From the human T2T-CHM13v2.0 reference genome, Homo sapiens, in the NCBI RefSeq assembly GCF_009914755.1, contig NC_060946.1: a stretch of DNA of 64,000 nucleotides. One strand, 5' to 3'. The first letter of the stretch is position 1. Each line of letters starts with the position of its first letter. Below, piece after piece: positions 1 through 11,569 of this stretch. The translations under genes and the position numbers were made by a program. Below the pieces are notes generated by a model, which had not been told where the DNA came from, did no database searches, and saw only the letters and a program-made list of their open reading frames with translations.

Positions 1-207
1 GTGCTCACTGATGGACACTCAGCAGCTGTGTCCCCTCTGGCCTGGCAGAGTTCTCTGAGCAGGGACCTGTGTATCGTCTCAACAGGTGCTTCCTCCCAGG
101 ACCTTGCAAGAAAAAAAACAAACCTTCCTCCTGCTTAGTCTGCAGAGTGAGGTGAGCTGCATGCCCAGGTCTCAAGGAGGGGCTGGGCAGTCCCTGGGTG
201 GAAACAC

Positions 208-215
208 ATTTGCAT
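208..215 (+). promoter_or_regulatory. Ig light-chain promoter octamer (IGLV5-39)
   Basis: ATTTGCAT 94 bp upstream of the leader ATG at 302. Confidence 0.9.
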
Positions 216-301
216 GAGCAGCCCCTCCTCTGCAGAGGGTGGGAAGAAAAGGAGGCCTGGGGCAGCCCAGTCCCACTGTGGGGTAAGAGGCTGTGTCCAC
301 C

Positions 302-793
302 ATGGCCTGGACTCCTCTCCTCCTCCTGCTCCTCTCTCACTGCACAGGTAGGAAAAGGCCTAACAGACCAGGGCCAGCACCTCAGCCTGATTCTGACTCT
401 TCTGGCAAAGATCCCTAAAAAACTTTACCCTCCATTCTGCCTTATCACTCATAAATGCCTGTGTTTCTAGGTTCCCTCTCGCAGCCTGTGCTGACTCAGC
501 CAACCTCCCTCTCAGCATCTCCTGGAGCATCAGCCAGATTCACCTGCACCTTGCGCAGTGGCATCAATGTTGGTACCTACAGGATATACTGGTACCAGCA
601 GAAGCCAGGGAGTCTTCCCCGGTATCTCCTGAGGTACAAATCAGACTCAGATAAGCAGCAGGGCTCTGGAGTCCCCAGCCGCTTCTCTGGATCCAAAGAT
701 GCTTCAACCAATGCAGGCCTTTTACTCATCTCTGGGCTCCAGTCTGAAGATGAGGCTGACTATTACTGTGCCATTTGGTACAGCAGCACTTCT
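302..793 (+). CDS. IGLV5-39: Ig lambda variable gene segment IGLV5-39, intact germline (leader exon 302-347, intron 348-470, L2+V exon 471-793)
   Basis: Leader [16 protein letters not shown] with GT/AG sites; V region [63 protein letters not shown]...YYCAIWYSSTS matches the recalled IGLV5-39 sequence; open frame with both Cys and the Trp. Confidence 0.92.
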
Positions 794-832
794 CACAGTG
801 ACACACACACATGGGGAAGTGGGACAAAAACC
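794..832 (+). other. 23-RSS of IGLV5-39
   Basis: CACAGTG + 23 nt + ACAAAAACC (consensus). Confidence 0.97.
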
Positions 833-3800
833 TCACCCTGCTCTCACTCTTGTTCTGTGACAATTTTCAAATTGTAAACTTAACTTGCCTATTTACAAAG
901 TATATTTGGAAGTACTTTCTTGTGGTAACAGGCTTTTCTCTCCATTTCCCTTTCACTGCTTTTGAAGTCTGAGTAAAACAAAAACAAAACAAAACCACCT
1001 GATGACGCTAAACTGTTGGATGGTTGTCCGTATGTGCTAAAAACCAGTGCCTGTGGAGCTGGGCCTTTTTCTCTTGAGAGAAGCAAAATGTGCCTTTTCT
1101 AGCTCACATTGTAGTCAGAGCCTGAGAATATCCTAGCAGGTAAATAGTCCAGAGACCCGCTCTTCCATTTCCAGTAGTCTGTGCTCAGGGCTGTCCACGG
1201 CTCACTGTGTCCCAGGATCAAAGCACTAAAATGTAAAATGCTTCATGCGGATACAGTTCAGGGAGGAACTCCAGACATAAACCTGGCCTGGCCCAGTCCC
1301 AGGTACCTGCATTTCAGTTTCAATGTCAGGAGAGCTGATGAGGTGTGGGGGTAACTGGATCTGAGGCCAGGAAATCACTCTGTAGGACATGGGAGAATAA
1401 ACGAGTAGGGGGTGGGGGTCTCCATCATGGCTTAGACAAAGCTGAGGCTGCTCCTGGGCCACTGGTAGAAGTAGGTTCCATGGATGAGACTTTCCTCCAG
1501 CTCATCCCACTCAGAATCACGGGAACTTCCGAGGGTGGTTTTCCTGAACTCTTGGGGTCTGACTGTATTATTTTCTCTTCTCTTACACCATTAGCTTTTC
1601 ACTGAGTCAGAGTCTAGTCAGTGCAATATCTGGGTATAGAAACTGCCCAATATTTGCTTCAAGTGACTCCTCCCCATGAAACTCTTGAGGAGGCCTACAA
1701 CTTGATGTCACCTTTTCCTGCATGGGGAGCAGCAGAAGCATTGGGCAGTCCCATGGAAATGGCTACTGAGGGCTCCCAGGGAGAACCCCTCTATTTGTGA
1801 CCCAGGACAACAGTGATGGACCTTCAGGGATCCCAGCCTGATTCTCCTGCTCTGGCTTTGTCCACGTTGCCTCCATGACCAGCTCTGGGTTCTAGGCCGA
1901 GGACACGGCTGATTATAAGTGTCATCCAGCTGCATCCAGACTCCATATCACCAGAAGCTCCTGGTCCATGGAGAAGTGAGAGAAAGATTTGTTCCCAGCT
2001 CCTCCTGTCTTCCCCATCCCTCCTTTATCCCTGCCTGTGACCAACACCACTTCATGCCAAGGCTTCTGCTGTCACTTGTGTTACTGAAAGTGGAGCATGG
2101 GTTCAGTGAAGAGAACTTGTTTGTCCCAGTGGAAACAGAATCAATTTGTTTCTAGAAGCAAAAGGAGGAGGCTACCCATGGTGTGGATGAGGTGGGCATG
2201 ACAAGAAAGAAGAATCCAGACTGTGAGACCCAGAGACCCAGGTGCCCTCTGCTTGGCCCCATAGGTGTCCTCTCCTTTGGTGGAGGTATGGTGGCCATTT
2301 CCTGAGCTCTGAGACTGTTGGAGAGATGACAAGAAAGGAGAACCCAGCCTGTGTGACCCAGAGACCCATATGTGAGAGTGGAAGTCTGATACTTAAGAAA
2401 ACATGGAATCAACATTCTGAAAGCTTTGGCTCTGTCTTGGACTATGGCTGGTGTAGAAGAGAAGCAAGAGAGATGCTCAGCCTTGGGTGGCCCAGGCACA
2501 GCTGTCCTGTCAAGGGGCAGAGCTCTCTGCAATGTGGGTTTTCTGTAGAGATATGCTTAAGGAGGCTGCAGTTTAAGGATGATGCAAAAAAGCTATCTAC
2601 AGTGAGCAGGGGATGGTTTATGGGGGAATGAGGCAAAAGGTATGGGGTCAGATGTGGTAAGGAGGGTGCAGCCTGAAGAAGAGACTGTCTTTGGGAGCCT
2701 TTTGAGGAGGAGTCCCAGGGCCCAGAGCAGTGACAAATAGAAAACCTGGAAGGGCCTGGGCCCTGGAGACACAGAGGCACAGGGTCTTGGGTCTGTTCTG
2801 GAGGGTCCCTGAAGAGGATGACATAACAAAACTACTATGGTCAGTGTCCTCTGTCCAGTGTTCCCGGTCCCAGCTACTGTCCCTTCCAGAGCCTCTGTGT
2901 GTCCAGGTTTCTCCCCTGAAGTTGCTTTCTCAGCACCAGCCCCCAGGAGCAGGTTCACCTTCTGTGCCCAGAGTGGGGCTTGCACAGCTGAGTGGAGAAG
3001 GCCAGATTTACAAGAATGTCCTGTGTCTGCCCATGTTGTAAGGGGTGGGTGAGCAAGTGGGGGCATTTGAGCTCCTCTAGGGACCTGAAAGAGCATAGGT
3101 CCTCCCCAAGACCTGGACTCCTTACTTCATCCCCCTCCCATCACTCTCCTCACTGCAGCTATGGCCAGGTGACAGCTCAGGGCTACTTGAGGACCTTGCA
3201 CAGCCCAGGGCCTCCATCCCAGGCATTATCTCCAAACTCTGTAAGGGCTGTCTCTGAAACTGTAGAAACATTTATTTCTATGTGCCCAGGAAAGAGTTAG
3301 AGGGCACTGACCCAATCCCTTGCAAGCTGCTCATCAGCTGTCAGGGCCCTAGTGAGGAGAAGAAAGAGTTAGAAATCAGGAATCTACCCAGGGCTCCCCT
3401 ATCTCCTCTCTCCTCTCTCCCAGCTACCACCTGGCTTCTTCTATCCAAAGAAATAAAGAGGAGGTGGCCACAGAGGGCAAGGGGAGGGCCAGGCAATATC
3501 CGAGGCAGCAGAGCCAGGCAGTCCCCCGGGGTGGTGTGGGGAGGTGCTGGAGGTGTCTGGGACCAGGGAATAGTGAGGACCCTCTTTCTAAAGTGAGGAG
3601 GGGTGGCATAAACTGAGGCCTAGATGGTGAACCAGATCTCCTGAGCCATCTACTCATTTTTTCTTCTGTTGCAGCCTGGGTAAGAATAGGACAAAAGAGT
3701 CTTTGAGGGGGTTTTTATTCCTCAGCTAAGAATCCTCAGAGGATTGACTCGGGAGTTGAGGGGAGACTGAGCCTCGCTCTCAGGCCAAAAGAGCTTGGGG

Positions 3801-4030
3801 CTTTCAAGGGAATTGGATAGAACTGAAGTTCCCAGACTCTGGCATCTAAGACGTAACCCCCTTCGCAAGCCCAGCACTGATACCAAAATGGAAGATGGCT
3901 GATAGATAAGTCTAGAAAAGCCTAGATGAAATAATCCTGGGGCTTAATCCTAAATCTAGAAAGAGAAGTGGGTTTTATGGTATAAAGCACAGTGAGGATT
4001 AGATCTTGAGTCTTAAGACTTGGGCTTGAA

Positions 4031-4190
4031 GTCAGACATGGTGGTGCGCACCTGTAGTCCCACGTTTTTGGGAGGCTCAGACAGAAGGATCTCTTACACC
4101 CGGGAGTTTGAAGTTACAGTGAGCTGTGATCACGCCACTGCACACCAGCCTGGGTGACAGAGTGACACTTTATCTCTAAACAAATAAACA
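4031..4190 (+). mobile_element. Old Alu monomer (FRAM/AluJ right-arm-like)
   Basis: GGTGGTGCGCACCTGTAGTCCCA...CACGCCACTGCACACCAGCCTGGGTGACAGAGTGAC followed by an A-rich tail. Confidence 0.8.
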
Positions 4191-5398
4191 AGCAATCTTG
4201 GGATTGTATCCTGGCATTTACTGGCCGTGTGGCCTTGGGCAACCCAAGTTTTCTTTCTTTCCTCACTTGAAAAATGGAGATAATGATGGAAATACCCACT
4301 TAGTAAAGGTGTTGGGAAGATGAAATGGGATTAACACAAAGTCACTCCATTGCTGTTAGGAGATGGAAGCTTAGATACTGGAGGCCAGAGTGCTTGAGGG
4401 GCTTGAGGAACTGAGAACACCCAATCTGGAGGCCAGACTGGTAGAGAGATGCTTGGGACAGCCTGAAGCCATAAAGGGCCTGATTCTGGGGGAGCGCCAG
4501 GGCCACGATGCACCAGGGCTGCTGGGGAGGGGCAGGGGCTACAAAACAATTAATTAATTAACTTGGTGTTTATATTGTTCTAGAATTTATTCCTCAGATG
4601 GGCAAATATTTTCACCTACCTTCCTACCTACCTACCTGTCTGTCTGCAGTCTGTCAGTGAGGGCCTGAGAGGAAGGTGAAGGCACAGACAGAGGATGGGC
4701 CAGAGGGCAGGTCCCAGTCATCCGGGAGCAGGCTCTGGTCAGCCAGGGAGGGAAAAGAGGGAGTAGCTCCTGGTGTCTTGGAGGCAAGCACTGCCCTGTC
4801 CCTGCTGGTCTTCCTGCTCTGCAGTCCCTAGGGGAGGCTCCTCAGGGAGGCTGAGTTCCAGGACTGTCTTGTAAACCACACAGTGAGCTGGGCAGGTGAG
4901 TCCAGGGCATGAGGGCTGTGTAGAGACCTGAGACTCAGATGCTTAGTGATATGGACACTGCCCAGCTCCATCCTATATGGAGAAGATAAAGTGGATAGTG
5001 AAGAAAGCCAGATACTCAGGCCTGTGTGGGCTTCAGACAGCAGAGGGTGCTGTGGGCTGACTCTGAGGCCTGTGCTGTGGATCCCAGACGGGAGCCACCT
5101 GCTAGGCCTAGGCTGGAGCCCTCTGCCTCTGCTCACGAGGACCAGCAGCTGTGTCCTTACAGGTCCTTAGGGAGCCACAGAACAGCCCCACCCTGGTCCA
5201 CCCCATCCCAGGCTCAGCTTTCTAGGCAAGGGTCAGAGTCAGGGCCTAGGGTGGGACTTGGCCAGCCCAGGGGAGGAGGCTGGTGTGCATGAAGAGACCC
5301 TCCTTCATCCTGGGCTGCTGGCGAAAGTAATAGGGACTGGGGGAGCTCAAGCCCAGCTGAGTGTCATCAGGATGCAGAGCTGTGTGTGGGTCCCCACC

Positions 5399-5884
5399 AA
5401 GGCCTGAGCTCCTCCCTTTCTCCCCCTTCTCATTCACTGCACAGGTAACTAGGGCTAGGGATCAGGGCTGTGGGTGAATGGAACGAGGACCCTGCATGCT
5501 GCCCTCTCAACTGACCCACCTCTCTCACCCTCTGTTAGTCCAGGTGTCAAGGTTCTGGGCCCAGTCTGTGCTGACTCAGTGGTGTGAAGAGTTCCTGTGG
5601 GTGGGGTAAACTGCCGCCATCTATCACACTTGAAGCAGAAGCAAGGCTGGGTGTGGGCCTGTGTCCTGGTATCAGCAGTGCCCCCAAACTCCTCATCTAT
5701 GACAGCAGTCATTGGTCTGCACAGGTCCCAGCGAAGTTCTCAGGTCCCAGATTGGGGATCATGGCATCCCTGAGCATCTCTGGGCTCCAGGCAGAGAATG
5801 AGGCTGATTCTTTCGCTCATCTTGAGACCCAAGGATCCATGATTAGGCAGTGCTGCAGGCCAGTGGGTAGCTGGGAGGAAAACC
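5399..5884 (+). pseudogene. Degenerate clan-I-like IGLV pseudogene (candidate IGLV(I)-42 or IGLV(VII)-41-1; name unresolved)
   Basis: Leader 5399-5444 with ATG>AAG and TGG>TGA, ending CACTGCACAG|GT; V exon CAGTCTGTGCTGACTCAG at 5562 with APKLLIY and SLSISGLQAENEAD motifs; decayed RSS GGCAGTG(5846)+23+AGGAAAACC; decayed octamer GTGTGCAT at 5283. Confidence 0.85.
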
Positions 5885-8800
5885 TTCTGTCTCCCCAGTA
5901 ATATGTCTTCCCTCTTCAGCCTCCACCCCTTCAGCACAAGTTTCTGGGGAGGAGGGTCTGAAGCCCGGGTGAGAAAAAGGGTCAAGGCTGGCCTTAGGAC
6001 CTGGATGGGCACAGTGACCCCCTGCTGAGAGGGCCTTCATGAGCAAGAAGGCTGGGGGAGGTCCTGAGTTGATTTTTACAATGGAAACAGACACCAGCTC
6101 CCCATCCTTGTTCAAAAGCATCTCAGGACCTTTTCCTCTGCAGATGGCAAGGGGGAGAATCTCCCTCTGAGATACATGAGAATTCCCTTCCCATGACCTG
6201 TCCTGTCACCTGGATGAATTCGTATTTGGAAACCAAATGACTCCCCAGTGCCAGGCATTACATCCTCACAGAAAAACTGCCAGAATGAGCAAGATCTTCC
6301 CTCCCTGACCCACTGGCCAGGAATCTCGGACATCAGGATGGCTGGACTAGATCACTCATGCCATCTCCCCTGACATCATCATGGTTACCGGGGGGACTCT
6401 CTGATTAATTTGGGCCACACAGTGCCTGTCCCTGGCATTGCAGTTGGGGACGCTTACAGGCTAAGTTTATGGCTGGGAGACCTAGGGTCTAGAAAGGAGA
6501 GGAATAGAACAGAAGCTTTGCCTACATGGCCCCCTGTGTGCATCACTCTTCCCTCCACCTTTATCCTAAGTTCATGATGGGTGATGTCTCCTTGAGGCTG
6601 GAACCTGGGCAGTGACATGGGCCTGTGTGTCCTCATCTCACAATGCTTCATCTTGGGCTCCCTGACCTTTCTGATATTCCTATAATGGATCAATTTCAGG
6701 CTAGGACACAGCCATGCCCATACAGGAGGCAGTGATCTGAGAATCAGGTAGTCTTAGAAGAGACAGAAAGCAAATAAACACCCTCATGTTGGCCTCCTAA
6801 GCCCAGAGGACATAAGGAAATGAAAGGAATTCAAGAAGAAACATAAGTGGTCACTGCCCACCATCACCTGGGCACCTGTTCTCCACCTGCCCCTCTCTCA
6901 GTGAGGACCAGACTCAGAGGCCTAGAGAAACACGTCTTCATCTGTTCACACCGTGGGGTGCCTCCTTCTGGACTCATCCCAAGACTGCTGCTCCCCCAGC
7001 TTACCTGTGTAACTGCTGAGAGTCTTCACAGGGACCTGGTCACAGGGTTTGGGATCAGGATCAGCCTGGCTTTAACTCAGCTGTGACCCTGCCCCTTCAG
7101 GACAAAAAGTGAACTATTAGGGCTCTAACTGAACTCTCCTGATTTACTTAAATCTTATATTCTCCTTCTCAATATCCTTCTAGGAAGTTCTGTCTCTACC
7201 CAATAATGTCAGGTCATTTCCTCAGGCCTAGAGCCATTTGATTTCCAGACTTCTATACTCACACTTATGCTCTCATTCTCTGTCATGGTTCATTTACTAC
7301 GCAGCAGCTAATGAGGCCAACCATGTATCTACAGCCCATTGACATGAAAAATGGGGAGGAGAGGGTTCCTTAGATAAATACAGGGTTAGCAAAGGAAAGT
7401 TTCTTAGGAATCACTTCAGGATCCAAGAAAATTCATTCCAGAGCTTCGAGAGTTTACAACTCAAAAACAACAGCATAATATATGAGGTGGTGAATCTTCT
7501 TGGCCTTCTCAATGAATAACCTCAGAAATGGTCAGAGAATATGCTTCAAAAAGGTAAGAGTATGACTTTCACAAACATATAGTATTCACATATGTCAACA
7601 ATTTTAATTGGTTTATGTATTTTGGAGAAAAACAGTATGATGATAAATAAATGTTAAAAAGCATTTTTAAAAACTCAGTGCTTATACTCCACCAGGATAG
7701 AACCTGTGAAGGAAATTTCTGTGTTGAAGATACACTGTCTTTTAGAATAATAGCAACATAGCTATGAATTTTGTCTTCTCATCTCACAATCTACAAATTA
7801 AAATCACCCCATTTATGTGAAATATCTAGAAAAATACAGGTACATTTGGACATTCCCATCTGCCACCACCCATCCATCTTCTCCTAAAGTGGAATCCCTC
7901 TGCCCCCATTCTGCTCCTCTCCACACATCTACCTGCTAACACGTGACTCCTCCCTGCCTTCCTTTCCAGATCCCTAGCAGATTGGGCCCACCAGGGGAAC
8001 AAGCTCTTGGACCTGGGGATCAAAAGTGCATCTTGTTGGACTTCTGAGGACTTGCCCTGCAAGGGTCTCTTTCTGGATCACAATCCCTCTGTTCCTGGGC
8101 ATCCCCTTTTGCTGGATCCTGTTATTTATCTCTGTGTTACTCCATCTAGGTCTACTCTGTGGACTTCCCTGCATCTTCACCTGAACCCCAGGAATCTTCA
8201 AGTCATGCCAATATTCCCTCAGTTCTCCTGAAATGTCTTATTTTCTCTTCTCCTGAGATCCCACCAAGTCATCCCTTCTGAGACCCCTGAGTGTAGCAGG
8301 GCCCTCTCTGGTCTCTTTGCTTCAATTATGAATGAGGAGAATGGGAGGTCCTCTTTGCCGCTCCTACCCCTGTGTTGCCATCAGGATCAGCTTCATGAGG
8401 CAGAATGAGGCTGTCTAGATCAACATGGCTTTCCCAACATTGAGCTCTGTGCCCAGCACAAGGTAGGTGCTCAGTAACTATTTGAGAAAACCTACATTTC
8501 ATCACACTGGCCACATTACACTGAGTCCAGGATGGGGATGAACTGGGAGAAGCAGTGGTGGAAATATTCCTCTCTCTGCTTTCAGGCTAAGAACTGATGG
8601 GACGTTCACCAGGGAGAGCATCCCTTGGCAGAAAGGGGGCCATGGGCATCCTTGTCCTGTATGGGAGACACTGCTCAGCCTGGGGGAACCTCTGTTCATG
8701 AAGGTGGGAGAAAAAGATAAACAAAATTCACTGTGAATGTCTATGTATCATCACAGAGGAGGCAATGACAAGAAAATAGGAAGTGCAAGCCCAGTTACAA

Positions 8801-9044
8801 TTGGTTTCTACTTTAAAAGAAATAAAATTTAATATGCCTGGTGTGTTATGTAAACACAACAAACATTTTTCGAAAACTATAAAAATATTTAAAGTAACAT
8901 GGTTTACAATAAATAGGAACATTTGAAATAATGACACCCTGGAAATGCAATCCTAAAATACAGCATACATTTTATTTCAGTTATTTATCTTGACTGGTTT
9001 TATTTAAATGTCTATATTAGAGATCACTACTTCATTGTGGATTT

Positions 9045-9668
<624 letters not shown>

Positions 9669-10954
9669 TAGTACATTGTTTAAATGGTGCATGTAAAACC
9701 TCATGGTACTACAACTGCCTGGTGACAGACTCACCAGAGTAAATAACTATCCTGCTGTTCTCCAACCACATGGGATTGCCCCAAAAAATATTTGTTGAAT
9801 CCCAGGTGTATCATGCCAGAACTCTTGCAGTCATATATACAATCTGTTTCATTTTAATAAATAGGATTATCTTTTTTCTTCAGTTTACTGTTTTTAATGT
9901 ATCATATTCTAGATTTCATTACACATCAAAGATGAATAATTTCTATCATCTTTCAGACATGCCCAAAACACTCATTAGCGATTTTGAACAGTATTCTTTC
10001 CTAAACATCCTAGTTGGAATGGTTGATCCTAAAAGCTACCACGTGTCAGGCTCACTTAAGTACAGACTCTGGTCAAAACAAGCTGAAGTTTTAACTCTTC
10101 CATCTTCAAATACTGAGCATATTTGCTTGTTTTGCTCTTTAGCAAAACACTGCAAAGTCATTTGCCAGGATCCCCCGCAGATTGGCATTCAGTGATGGAG
10201 AACAGACTCCTAGGTGAGATCCCTGGTCACAGGATCCCGATGACTATGACTGCAAGTCTGGAAAAGAAGAGACAGAACAAAGATTTACCAGCATAACCCT
10301 CTGAGAATGTGCCCCAGGCATCCCGGAGGGAAGAGCTCCCTATCGACCCAGGACTGCAGAATCCACAGAGGAAGGAGAGCTCTGGCCACCAGGGAGCAGC
10401 CACACGAGAGGAGAGGACCCAGTGCCCCCACAGGTGAGGAAATGAGTCCATGGGGCTGGTCACTGCTCTCGATTTCATTCTGACATAAGAGGACTTTGTG
10501 TAGTCACCACCTGAGTCCTATACAGTGAACAGCCAAGGAGACATGGACAGATTCACCCCTGAGGAACCCAGTAGAATGTGAAGTCTGCCCTGAGCTCACG
10601 AAAAAAATGACTCAGGGGGCTGCCTGGCCTGGCCCTGATGGAGGGGGCCATGGACAGAACAACGGGGAGTGAGGGGTGTCTCTGAGAGGCTCTGGTCACC
10701 TTGTTATACAATGGTGGTGTACATGACCAAAATGGACACCAGGGGATGCCTGCGTACCATTACTGAGAAGACTGGGTGTGATGAGAGCAGGACCAGCGCC
10801 ACCTGTCCTGCTTGGTGCCCTATGCTTAGGGCTTACAGATGTCAACTCTGCACCCCCTGGGACCACATAGCCCCACCCCTGGCACTCTCTGACATCCTCA
10901 GGCAGAGGAGCCTGACCCAGGGCCCAAGGTGGGATCAGAAAGCTGGAGGGTCTG

Positions 10955-10992
10955 ATTTGCATGGATGGACCCTCCTTCTCTCAGAGTATAAA
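10955..10992 (+). promoter_or_regulatory. IGLV1-41 promoter: octamer + TATA box
   Basis: ATTTGCAT 10955-10962; TATAAA 10987-10992. Confidence 0.88.
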
Positions 10993-11068
10993 GAGGGGCA
11001 GGGAGAGACTTGGGGAAGCTCTGCTTCAGCTGTGAGCACAGAAGGCAGGACTCGGGACAATCTTCATC

Positions 11069-11530
11069 ATGACCTGCTCCCCTCTCCTCCTCACCCTTCT
11101 CATTCACTGCACAGGTGCCCAGACACAGGGTCAGGGGAGGGGTCCAGGAAGCCCATGAGGCCCTGCTTTCTCCTTCTCTCTCTAGACCAAGAATCACCGT
11201 GTCTGTGTCTCTCCTGCTTCCACGGTCCTGGGCCCAGTCTGTGTTGACGCAGCCGCCTTCAGTGTCTGCGGCCCCAGGACAGAAGGTCACCATCTCCTGC
11301 TCTGGAAGCAGCTCCGACATGGGGAATTATGCGGTATCCTGGTACCAGCAGCTCCCAGGAACAGCCCCCAAACTCCTCATCTATGAAAATAATAAGCGAC
11401 CCTCAGGGATTCCTGACCGATTCTCTGGCTCCAAGTCTGGCACCTCAGCCACCCTGGGCATCACTGGCCTCTGGCCTGAGGACTAGGCCGATTATTACTG
11501 CTTAGCATGGGATACCAGCCTGAGAGCTTG
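11069..11530 (+). pseudogene. IGLV1-41: IGLV1-41 pseudogene allele (leader 11069-11114; L2+V 11224-11530)
   Basis: [42 protein letters not shown]; splice acceptor is AC rather than AG (11222-11223); in-frame TAG at 11484-11486 (ED*ADYYC). Confidence 0.92.
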
Positions 11531-11569
11531 CACAGTGCTCCAGGCCAATGGGGAACTGAGACAAGAACC
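11531..11569 (+). other. 23-RSS of IGLV1-41 (intact)
   Basis: CACAGTG + 23 nt + ACAAGAACC. Confidence 0.95.

Larger units (their letters stand above)
1..2900. repeat. Segmental duplication: IGLV5 unit, paralogous to ~34080-36930
   Basis: Colinear similarity (GTGCTCACTGA at 1 and 34079; promoter, gene and 3' flank all shared); end point approximate. Confidence 0.9.

Noticed and set aside
9770-10195. 141-aa ORF upstream of IGLV1-41
   Set aside because: No recognisable domain, and no equivalent ORF in the paralog at ~37520-37960
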